NCBI GenBank assembly: GCA_965267575.1
Contig: OZ254086.1
Location: 1,312,001-1,376,000, forward strand
Source of the DNA: Calditrichales bacterium
GTDB lineage: Bacteria > Calditrichota > Calditrichia > Calditrichales > J004
Direction of reading: 5' to 3'
DNA length: 64,000 nucleotides
In this document: one piece after another, positions 18,426 through 26,770 of the stretch
How positions within the stretch are numbered: the stretch's first letter is position 1
Layout: every line of letters starts with the position of its first letter
Position numbers and translations under genes: made by a program
Notes under the pieces: model-generated
Told to the model about the DNA's origin: nothing
The model's input: only the letters and a program-made list of their open reading frames with translations
The model's database searches: none

Positions 18426-18454
18426 AAATTAACCATTACTTAAATTAATGTCAA
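18426..18454 (-). promoter_or_regulatory. Putative strong promoter for the 565-aa gene
   Basis: Minus strand TTGACA-17 nt-TAATTT. Confidence 0.65.
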
Positions 18455-18529
18455 TTGTTTTGGCGTCTTGTTTTTTGCCGTAAGATATCGAAAATTCAGG
18501 CATTTATAAAGGTTTATGAGGATAAAATT

Positions 18530-20515
18530 GTGAATAAATTAATGCTTTTGACAATCTGTGCTTTTTGCATGATGAACTGTTCAAAAAGTCCTTCCGTTAA
18601 CAAGGAATTTGTAAGCCAAATCAAAGGCCTTGAATATGGCAGAGTGACTTCCCCGGCAAGGTGGGATAAGATTTACAACGAAGCCACCGGTCAGGATCAG
18701 AAGATGCTTATTGCAGAAGCCGCCGGAAAAGTCAAGTCCGACTCGCTTCTTTCTGCTTTTGAAGGTTGGCTCAGGCCTGAAAACAATGATACCTTAAACA
18801 GCGCTCTTCTTTTTGCGATTGGACAAACACAAAGCGCCAGGGCGGAATCACTGCTTCTTGAATTAAGTAAGGGCTTTTCAGATGCTGACGGTCTTAGAAT
18901 GATAATTAGCGGTCTTCGTCAATGCGGCAGCGAAAAATCTTTTCCGCTGTTATATGAACTTGCACAACGCGACCCTTTACGTGACGATGCGCTTGTGGCG
19001 GCCGGTGTATTGTCCCGCAAAAATCCTGTCGATAAAGCCTTTCTTGATATGGTTTCCGATTCCCTTTGGCCATATCATGGTCACTTTTCCACGGCCTATT
19101 TTTTGTATAACAGCCGAGATAAAAAGGACATACCCTTTTTTCTTACAAAAGCCCTCGAAAGTGATTCAGTTGCCAGGCAATACTACATAAAGGCAGCCGC
19201 CGCTAAAATAAACGATCGTTATCAGCTGGCGTCTGCGGTTGACTCCGTAACCTTTTCCGCTTTGCAATCCGGTATGCGCCAATTGCTCAAGTCCAGATCT
19301 TCCTGGATGGAAAAGCTTCACCTGCTTGCTGTTGCGCCGGTGTTCGCGGACAGCACGGATATTCCTGTTTTAAAACGCTTTATGGGCTCCGCCAATCCTC
19401 ACTTAAAGGAAGCCGCTATTTCAGCGTTCTCCAGGACTTTTGGCCCAAAATCCATTCAGGACCTGATACGAATTATGGAGCAGGAGCAAAGCTGGAGCCT
19501 GCATGGCCATATTATTTATCAGATAACACTGCTCGATCCGCGTTTGGGCTACCGCTACATAAACCAAAACCTTGACAAGGGCAGTGAGACATTTAAACAA
19601 AAACTGTTGGAAGCGCTCAGCCTGATCGATGAACCGATCGCCGTGCAAACGCTGAGAAGCTTTCTGAACGTTAATTCCGACCGGCTGGCCTACACTGCTT
19701 TTCGTATCCTGAGTCAGAAAAATATTGTCACCCGTGACGAGGCCCGGCAGCTGCTTATGCGCAATGATTTTGCCCTTGTACATGATGTTTTGCAGTGGCA
19801 CATAGACAAAGGTCTTGACATCCCAAAAGAAAAACTACTAATGCTTTATGCGGATAATGACCGGCAGGATATGCCTGAAATACAGTCACAGGTACTTAAA
19901 ATAATTTCGGATCGCAATATATCTCTTTCAGCTGAAGAAAAATCGTTGCTGGTTAATAACGGTACCTATGCGGTATGTGAAAAAGTAAAGTTACTAACGG
20001 AAGACATGCCCGAAGCCAGCTTATCCTCAACACGTCCTGCTTTTGCAGATGGAGATAGTGTCGCGGCCTTGTTTGGTGAAGATTATTTTGCCAAGATCAA
20101 AACAAGCAAGGGTTCATTTACAATAATTTTTCTTGCCGAAGAGGCGCCGCTTACAGTATTAAGTTTCATTCGCTTAAGTGAAAAAGGGTTTTATAATGGA
20201 TTAACCTTTCACCGGGTGGTGCCCGATTTCGTAGTACAAGGAGGGGATCCCTCGGGTGGGGGCTGGGGCGGACCCGGATATACCATACCTTCGGAAGATA
20301 ATGACGTTCCCTTCATGCGCGGTTCCGTTGGTATCGCAACTGCCGGTTTCGATACAGGCGGCAGCCAGTTTTTTATTTGTCATTCACGGCAGCCGCACTT
20401 GCTGGGCAATTACGCAAATTTTGCGTTTGTGATTGATGGGATGGAAATTGTAGATACTATCGTAAAGGATGATGTAATAGAGGAAATTACAGTTTATCGT
20501 GGCTCCCCTAACTAA
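18530..20515 (+). CDS. HEAT-repeat lipoprotein with C-terminal cyclophilin-type PPIase
   Basis: GTG start after GAGGA; lipobox-like MMNC; HEAT-like repeats; FYNGLTFHRVVPDFVVQGGDP and GGSQFFI. Confidence 0.85.
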   Translation: MNKLMLLTICAFCMMNCSKSPSVNKEFVSQIKGLEYGRVTSPARWDKIYNEATGQDQKMLIAEAAGKVKSDSLLSAFEGWLRPENNDTLNSALLFAIGQTQSARAESLLLELSKGFSDADGLRMIISGLRQCGSEKSFPLLYELAQRDPLRDDALVAAGVLSRKNPVDKAFLDMVSDSLWPYHGHFSTAYFLYNSRDKKDIPFFLTKALESDSVARQYYIKAAAAKINDRYQLASAVDSVTFSALQSGMRQLLKSRSSWMEKLHLLAVAPVFADSTDIPVLKRFMGSANPHLKEAAISAFSRTFGPKSIQDLIRIMEQEQSWSLHGHIIYQITLLDPRLGYRYINQNLDKGSETFKQKLLEALSLIDEPIAVQTLRSFLNVNSDRLAYTAFRILSQKNIVTRDEARQLLMRNDFALVHDVLQWHIDKGLDIPKEKLLMLYADNDRQDMPEIQSQVLKIISDRNISLSAEEKSLLVNNGTYAVCEKVKLLTEDMPEASLSSTRPAFADGDSVAALFGEDYFAKIKTSKGSFTIIFLAEEAPLTVLSFIRLSEKGFYNGLTFHRVVPDFVVQGGDPSGGGWGGPGYTIPSEDNDVPFMRGSVGIATAGFDTGGSQFFICHSRQPHLLGNYANFAFVIDGMEIVDTIVKDDVIEEITVYRGSPN

Positions 20516-20527
20516 AAGGAGGGAAAT

Positions 20528-21286
20528 ATGTGGCGGGTGTTCTTTTTTTCTTTTTTGATTGTCGCCTTTTCAAAGGCACAGCTTGTTGAAGAATCTGTCG
20601 ATTATTATATGGCTGAGGGGGATTCTGCATATGCCAATTTCGAAAATGAGGAGGCGCTTGAGAATTATCTTAAGGTCATCGAGCTTGATGCGGATAATTA
20701 TGATGCCCACTGGAAAGCGTCCCGGGCTTATCTTGACATAGGTGAAATTCTGACCGGAGAGAAACGGCCTGAATATTACAAAAAGGGAGAGGAGCACGCG
20801 CGGCGGGCCATCGAGATACAGCCTGAAGGCAGTATGGGTCACTTGTTTTTGAGCGTGGCGCTTGGCCGCGTTGCGCTGGATGCCAGTGCCAAGGAGCGCA
20901 TTCGCATGTCCAAGGAAATAAAAAAAGAGGTGGATCTTGCCATTCAGTACGATCCGCGTAATGACATAGCCTACCACGTGCTCGGACGCTGGCACAGAAA
21001 AATAGCTAATCTCAGCTGGATTGAAAAGGGCTTTGCCAACATGTTTTTAGGTGGCGTCCCGGAAGAGGCCTCCAACGAAAGGGCCGTTGAAAACTTCAAA
21101 AAAGCGATTGAATTAAATCCCATGCATATAAATCACCATCTGGAATTGGGAATTACTTACATGTCTATGGGTAATGATAATGAGGCAATTATAGCGTTTA
21201 AAAAAGTTCTGGATCTGCCCCAAAGTGATGCTGATGATTTAAAATACAAGGCTGAAGCCAGCGAGTACCTGGAGGATTTACAGTAG
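20528..21286 (+). CDS. Secreted TPR protein, RMDN/RMD1-3-like
   Basis: Signal peptide; TPR pattern; YHVLGRWHRKIANLSWIEKGFANMFLGGVP segment. Confidence 0.75.
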   Translation: MWRVFFFSFLIVAFSKAQLVEESVDYYMAEGDSAYANFENEEALENYLKVIELDADNYDAHWKASRAYLDIGEILTGEKRPEYYKKGEEHARRAIEIQPEGSMGHLFLSVALGRVALDASAKERIRMSKEIKKEVDLAIQYDPRNDIAYHVLGRWHRKIANLSWIEKGFANMFLGGVPEEASNERAVENFKKAIELNPMHINHHLELGITYMSMGNDNEAIIAFKKVLDLPQSDADDLKYKAEASEYLEDLQ

Positions 21287-22486
21287 TTGCAGCGCATTTT
21301 TACCAAATATTCCGCAAACTTTAAAGGCATTTTATTTTTGCTGGCTTTATCGCTTATTGTGGGCGCGCTCTGGTACACACAGCAACTGGTAAATACATTA
21401 AAGGAAAAGTCGACTGAGTACATCAGTTTTCGGATAAAGGTGTTCGAAGAGAATATCAATAATCCCAATGCCGACATTGATGTCGGCTTTTTTTTTAATG
21501 AGGTTATACGTGGTTCGGACTATCCCATTATTTACACGGATACGGAAGGAAGGCCGCAGAGCTGGGTAAATATTTCTGCGCACCTGGATACGGTGACCAT
21601 TTTATCGCGCGAAGATTCTATTTTGCTAAGCAGCCGGTTGAATAAAATGAAGGTGGAAAACGAACCGCTTCCGATTACTTACCAGGGATCCGTTCTGGGT
21701 TATTATTATTATGGCCTTTCCCCTGAAATTTACCAGCTAAAGAATCTGCCCTTTATTGCCATTGGCGCCGGAATTGTTTTTGTTTTGATTGCTTATCTGG
21801 GTTTCGCTTATATCAAGAAAAGCGAGCAGCGCAATATATGGGTTGGCATGGCCAAGGAAACGGCCCATCAGCTTGGCACACCGCTTAGTTCACTTTCAGG
21901 GTGGATTGAGCTTCTGCGTGAAAGCAATCCTGAGGACGGCCATTTGGTTGACGAAATGGCCAATGACCTGAAACGGCTTAACAAAATTGCCACGCGGTTC
22001 AGCAAAATTGGCTCCAAACCTAACCTGGACAGGGTCAATTTAGAGGAAGTAATAAAGGACGTTACCGTTTATTTCGGAAAGAGGCTGCCTCATATTCAGA
22101 AACAGGTTGGCATAGAATTATCATGTCCGCCGAATCTCATGGTTCTGCTCAACCGCGATCTTTTTGAATGGGTGCTGGAAAACATGCTCAAAAACGCCAT
22201 TGATGCAATCGAAAAAAAGAAAGGGAAAATAAAAATTACGGCTGGCCCGGAAGAACGTAACGATTTGGTGGCTATAGACATCAAAGACAATGGCAAGGGA
22301 ATGAATACTACTGAAAAGAAGAACATTTTCAAACCCGGCTATAGCACTAAAACGAGGGGTTGGGGTCTCGGGTTAAGCCTTGCCAAAAGGATTATTGAAG
22401 AGTATCATGACGGTAAGTTATTGCTTAAGGAGACCCGGCCGGGAAATGGAACGACTTTCCGTATCCTTCTTAAAATGCCGAAATGA
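21287..22486 (+). CDS. Sensor histidine kinase
   Basis: 2 TM; H-box ETAHQLGTPLS; N-box ENMLKNAIDA; DNGKG; FKPGYSTKTRGWGLGL. Confidence 0.93.
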   Translation: MQRIFTKYSANFKGILFLLALSLIVGALWYTQQLVNTLKEKSTEYISFRIKVFEENINNPNADIDVGFFFNEVIRGSDYPIIYTDTEGRPQSWVNISAHLDTVTILSREDSILLSSRLNKMKVENEPLPITYQGSVLGYYYYGLSPEIYQLKNLPFIAIGAGIVFVLIAYLGFAYIKKSEQRNIWVGMAKETAHQLGTPLSSLSGWIELLRESNPEDGHLVDEMANDLKRLNKIATRFSKIGSKPNLDRVNLEEVIKDVTVYFGKRLPHIQKQVGIELSCPPNLMVLLNRDLFEWVLENMLKNAIDAIEKKKGKIKITAGPEERNDLVAIDIKDNGKGMNTTEKKNIFKPGYSTKTRGWGLGLSLAKRIIEEYHDGKLLLKETRPGNGTTFRILLKMPK

Positions 22487-22503
22487 AAACATCCGGAGAT
22501 AAA

Positions 22504-23097
22504 ATGAAAAGAGCGACTTTTACTCGTCAAAAAGAATTTTCAGAACTGGCAGAACCGCATCTTTCGTCTTTGTACAGCACGGCCATGCGCATGACCCGCA
22601 ACAATCAGGATGCTGAAGATCTTGTACAGGATACGCTCTATAAAGCATATCGCGCGCTTAACCAGTTTCAGAAAAATACCAATTTCAGGGCCTGGATTTT
22701 CAAAATCCTTGTAAACACCTTTATTACCGGATACCGTAAAGCCGTCAAGCAGCCTAAAAAGGTGAGCTATGAGGATATTCATGAGTTCATTTTGTATAAG
22801 GGCGCCAAAATCGATGAAAGCCTGCTCTCTGATGACAGCAAAGTGGATATCATAAACCACTATTTTGATGACGAAATAAAGGAGGCACTTGAAAATCTTC
22901 CTTATCAGTTCAGGCTGGTCGTGCTGCTTTGTGACATTGAAGGGTTTTCCTATAACGAAATAGCACACATCATCGATGTGCCTCTTGGAACGGTTATGTC
23001 CCGGCTTTACAGGGGACGCCGTTTACTGCAACGAACGCTGTGGGATTACGCCAAAGAAAAAGGGTACGTCGGAGAACATACTCGGGTAAAAAAATAG
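22504..23097 (+). CDS. ECF RNA polymerase sigma factor (SigH/SigR-like)
   Basis: DAEDLVQDT, NFRAWIFKI, EGFSYNEIA..PLGTVMSRLYRGR; GGAGA RBS before 22504. Confidence 0.92.
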   Translation: MKRATFTRQKEFSELAEPHLSSLYSTAMRMTRNNQDAEDLVQDTLYKAYRALNQFQKNTNFRAWIFKILVNTFITGYRKAVKQPKKVSYEDIHEFILYKGAKIDESLLSDDSKVDIINHYFDDEIKEALENLPYQFRLVVLLCDIEGFSYNEIAHIIDVPLGTVMSRLYRGRRLLQRTLWDYAKEKGYVGEHTRVKK

Positions 23098-23099
23098 AC

Positions 23100-23894
23100 C
23101 TAGTTATTTATCAATTGTAAGGAGCGGTTGAATAAATAATTCCTGAATTTTACAGCGTCAAAATAGGTTACGCCGGGTGTCTTTGATTGCTGCACGGTAA
23201 TCAGAAAGGTATCCGGCACCCAAACCCCGTTTATCTCGCGGTTTGTAATCTTTATAATCAATCCCGTTTCAATCTCACCATTTACACGCATCTGCACTTC
23301 CCACCCTTCGCACAACCATTTGGATTTAACAACTTTAAAAGAAGGGTATGTTTCAACGATTGTATTTTTTGCGGGCTGAAACGTTTCTACTTTCAGCAGG
23401 AGCCCGTTCAGCCCAAAGAAATATTTGTAATGGCTGGTATCGTCTTCCGTTGTTGTGGTAAAACGAACTTCAACAATTTGCTCCATTGGCCGGATTGTGT
23501 AATCGTCTTCAATCACATTATAAACGCCATCGAGGTAGAAGCGCTTAAGGTCCCATATCAGACCCGTAATCTGGCTTTTCATATCCGATATCAGTTCCTG
23601 TTGCCGCGAAATATCTGCGGAATCCTTTAAAGCCGGAGTTCCCTGCTCGGTAAGAAATAACCGTCCGTTAGACAACCAGATAAACTGCAGGGGAAATGTC
23701 TCGCGATTGTCCCATTGCTCGCTGGCAAAAGTTTCAAATCGGGAATTGGTAACCAGGGCCGTAAAATTATTGATGCCGCTCTGACTCATCGAGTAATAAG
23801 ATTTCTGCAGCGCGTTAAAAAAACTCTTTTCGTCAAACTCCTGCGCCGGTAAAAGCGCCAGGCTTAGCAAAAGAAAAAAAATCACGTTTTTCAC
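23100..23894 (-). CDS. Secreted hypothetical protein, beta-rich
   Basis: 264 aa ORF with signal peptide; no family recognised. Confidence 0.6.
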   Translation of the reverse strand: MKNVIFFLLLSLALLPAQEFDEKSFFNALQKSYYSMSQSGINNFTALVTNSRFETFASEQWDNRETFPLQFIWLSNGRLFLTEQGTPALKDSADISRQQELISDMKSQITGLIWDLKRFYLDGVYNVIEDDYTIRPMEQIVEVRFTTTTEDDTSHYKYFFGLNGLLLKVETFQPAKNTIVETYPSFKVVKSKWLCEGWEVQMRVNGEIETGLIIKITNREINGVWVPDTFLITVQQSKTPGVTYFDAVKFRNYLFNRSLQLINN

Positions 23895-23966
23895 AACGGT
23901 ACTCCAGCATTTGAAAAGATTTAGTCTATTGTTTAGCTTTAGAATTCAATAAAATGTTTAAAACTT

Positions 23967-24992
23967 ATGCAACTTGAAACGATTCAATTCAAAGATCGCA
24001 CTCTCTCGATAATAGATCAAACGCTGCTTCCAAATTCATTTAAGGTTATTCCCATAAAAACGATCGGGGAGGCGGTGGAGGCGATCCGTTCTCTGCGTGT
24101 ACGCGGAGCTCCCGCCATTGGGATTTTCGCTGCTTACGCCCTTGTTCAGGAAGCCGTTAATTTAGCCAATAATGATAAATTAACAACAGAATCATTCAGG
24201 GAGGCGGCGCATCTTCTTTCTCAAAGTCGCCCGACCGCGGTTAATCTCGCCTGGGCAGTAAATGAGATCAGGCAGGTTTTTGAAAGTTCTTATGGCAAAA
24301 ATGACTGGGCGGAAAAGCTGTACATGCGGGCCGCTGAATTACACCGGGAAGATCGTGAAATGTGCCTGCAGATCGGGCTAAACGGCGCGCCCTATTTTTC
24401 GGGTTTTAGCAATATTCTTACGCACTGTAATGCCGGTATTCTTGCAACCGGTGGCCAGGGAACGGCGCTTTCCGTGATTTATAAGGCAGCTATGGCCAAC
24501 CCCCGTATGCACGTTTTTGTTGATGAAACCCGGCCGCTCGGGCAGGGCGCGCGACTTACATGTTTTGAGTTGCAGAAAAATAATGTAAATTGTACGCTCT
24601 TGACGGATAATGCGGCAGCTTCGCTTTTCGCATCGCGCCGGGTAGATGCCGTAATTACCGGGGCGGACCGCATTGCTTTAAACGGAGACGCTGCAAATAA
24701 AATCGGGACCTATAATCTTGCTGTTCTGGCGCGTGCTCATAAGGTACCGTTTTATATTGCGGCACCGTTTTCGACTTTCGATCTGACGATTGAAAGCGGA
24801 GGTGAAATACCGATTGAACAAAGAGATCCTGCTGAAGTAGTATCTTTTTGGAAAATTGAAAATTCGGATATTAATATTTACAATCCCGCTTTTGACGTAA
24901 CTCCCGCCGACCTTATCACTGCGATTATTACCGATAAGGGAGTTATCGAGAAACCGGACGTGCAAAAAATACAAACCTTGTTCAAAAATTGA
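23967..24992 (+). CDS. mtnA: Methylthioribose-1-phosphate isomerase
   Basis: VRGAPAIG, RPTAVNL, LTHCNAG, ETRP..QGARLT, GADRI..NGD.ANKIGT, NPAFDVTP. Confidence 0.96.
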   Translation: MQLETIQFKDRTLSIIDQTLLPNSFKVIPIKTIGEAVEAIRSLRVRGAPAIGIFAAYALVQEAVNLANNDKLTTESFREAAHLLSQSRPTAVNLAWAVNEIRQVFESSYGKNDWAEKLYMRAAELHREDREMCLQIGLNGAPYFSGFSNILTHCNAGILATGGQGTALSVIYKAAMANPRMHVFVDETRPLGQGARLTCFELQKNNVNCTLLTDNAAASLFASRRVDAVITGADRIALNGDAANKIGTYNLAVLARAHKVPFYIAAPFSTFDLTIESGGEIPIEQRDPAEVVSFWKIENSDINIYNPAFDVTPADLITAIITDKGVIEKPDVQKIQTLFKN

Positions 24993-24999
24993 GGAGAAT

Positions 25000-26085
25000 A
25001 TGATGAAGCGTTTATCTGCCATATTAATATTGTTCCTGGCAGCACTCATGCTAAGCAACTGCCGTCCCCCGGAGCTGGAGGGTGCAGTCGTTGATTTTAA
25101 TGCAGGCCGTTTTGATAACGCCCTGGCCAATGCGGAAACAGCCGTAGAAAAATATCCTGATAATGCGGAAGCCTGGTTTTATCTTGGCCGTATCTACGGC
25201 AAGAAAGATCGTATGGCCGACATGATGAAGGCTTTTGAGCGGTCACTTGCTTTGGCTACAACCTATGAGAGCCAGATCCAGGCCGAAAAGAGTCTTTACT
25301 TTTCGCAAAAATTTAATGCCGGTGTTAACAGCTACAATAAGTTCAAGCAAATCGAGGATAAGAAAAGCGAGGCAGCTGAAAAAGCATTGCGTGATGCCAT
25401 CGAAAATTTCAAGGCTTCTGCGTTGATCCGCGACGATTATACCGCCAACCGCCTTATTGCTGTGAGCTACCAATTGCTGGGCGATAAGGTTAATGCAATC
25501 AGCCGGTATGAAACATTGATGGAAATCCGTCCTGACACTGCTGATGTTTACGTTGACCTTGGAAGTCTCTATTTCTTCGATAAGGAATATGACAAAGCAA
25601 CGGGACTTTTCGAAAAAGCCCTTGAAGTAGATCCGGAAAACCTTGAGGCGGCGACATTCCTGGCCCAAGCCTACGATGTGCAGAAAAAAACCGAACAGGC
25701 TATCGTAGCCTACAAAAGGGCTGTAAGCCTGAATCCTGAAGAAAAAGCGATGCCTTTTAATCTTGGCTTGTTGCTGTTTAACGAAGCCAACAAAAAGGAT
25801 CAGAATCCCGAGACCAAAAAGCAATATCTGTCTGAGGCCGCCACCTATTTCGGCAAGGCGCTGGCCATTGATGATAGCTTTAAGGAAGGTTATCAGCTAA
25901 AGGGCCAGGCCGAACTTCTGCTCGAAAGATATGAGGATGCGAAAGAAACATATCTTGCCGGCTTGGATAAATTCCCTGAAGACAGCAACATGTGGTATAA
26001 CCTGGGTGTTAGTTATGCCCGGCTGAATGATAAGGCCAAGGCTGAAGAGGCTTTTGCAAAAGCGGAGGAACTTGAAGGTCAATAA
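25000..26085 (+). CDS. TPR-repeat lipoprotein
   Basis: Lipobox LSNC; multiple TPR motifs. Confidence 0.82.
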   Translation: MMKRLSAILILFLAALMLSNCRPPELEGAVVDFNAGRFDNALANAETAVEKYPDNAEAWFYLGRIYGKKDRMADMMKAFERSLALATTYESQIQAEKSLYFSQKFNAGVNSYNKFKQIEDKKSEAAEKALRDAIENFKASALIRDDYTANRLIAVSYQLLGDKVNAISRYETLMEIRPDTADVYVDLGSLYFFDKEYDKATGLFEKALEVDPENLEAATFLAQAYDVQKKTEQAIVAYKRAVSLNPEEKAMPFNLGLLLFNEANKKDQNPETKKQYLSEAATYFGKALAIDDSFKEGYQLKGQAELLLERYEDAKETYLAGLDKFPEDSNMWYNLGVSYARLNDKAKAEEAFAKAEELEGQ

Positions 26086-26103
26086 GTGTTGAGGTTTTGT
26101 AAT

Positions 26104-26131
26104 AAGGGGAGTCTTTCGGCTCCCCTTTTTT
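26104..26131. terminator. Terminator between the convergent TPR gene and rex
   Basis: AAGGGGAGTC-TTTC-GGCTCCCCTT followed by a T-tract. Confidence 0.85.
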
Positions 26132-26756
26132 ATTTCTTATTGTTAAGGAAAAAGGAAAGAGCTTCCAGCTCGATGGACATATTTTCATTTTTTACAATAA
26201 CGCCATCGGGACTCTTTACGCTAATCGGAGCAAAATTTAAAAACGCCTTTACGCCACACTCCACAAACGTGTCAATAACCTTTTGCGCATATTTGCCTGG
26301 TACGGCCACGATAATGATTTCGATTTTATATTCGCTGATTTGTTTACAGGCACCATCCATCGCATAGACGTTAATGCCGTCTATATCCTGGCCAATCTTG
26401 CTTTCATCATTATCAAAGATCGCTTTTATATAAAAACCCTGCTTTTTGAACTCACCGTAGTGCACTAATGCGTGACCAATATTACCAAACCCGGCAAGCC
26501 CCACATTCCATTGCCTTTGCAGACCAAGTATTCTGCCGATTTCTTCACGCAACTCGGTTGTATTATAGCCCAAACCGCGTTTACCAAAAGTACCAAAAAA
26601 GGACAGATCCTTACGAACCTGGGCTGAAGTTATGCTATTGATGCTTGCTATTTCGCCCGATGAAATCGTTTCCACATTCCGTTCGATCAGATCCGTCAGC
26701 GTACGATAATAACGGCTCAACCGGTTAATGGTGGAGTCGGATATTTTTTTTGACAT
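26130..26756 (-). CDS. rex: Redox-sensing transcriptional repressor Rex
   Basis: TINRLSRYYR, QVRKDLSFFGTFGKRGLGY, GFGNIG, LNFAP. Confidence 0.96.
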   Translation of the reverse strand: MSKKISDSTINRLSRYYRTLTDLIERNVETISSGEIASINSITSAQVRKDLSFFGTFGKRGLGYNTTELREEIGRILGLQRQWNVGLAGFGNIGHALVHYGEFKKQGFYIKAIFDNDESKIGQDIDGINVYAMDGACKQISEYKIEIIIVAVPGKYAQKVIDTFVECGVKAFLNFAPISVKSPDGVIVKNENMSIELEALSFFLNNKK

Positions 26757-26770
26757 ATGTCCCGTCCGCT

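Noticed and set aside
18528-18545. TTGTGAA as a possible Rex operator
   Set aside because: Only one half-site; the right arm (TTAATGC) does not match TTCACAA.
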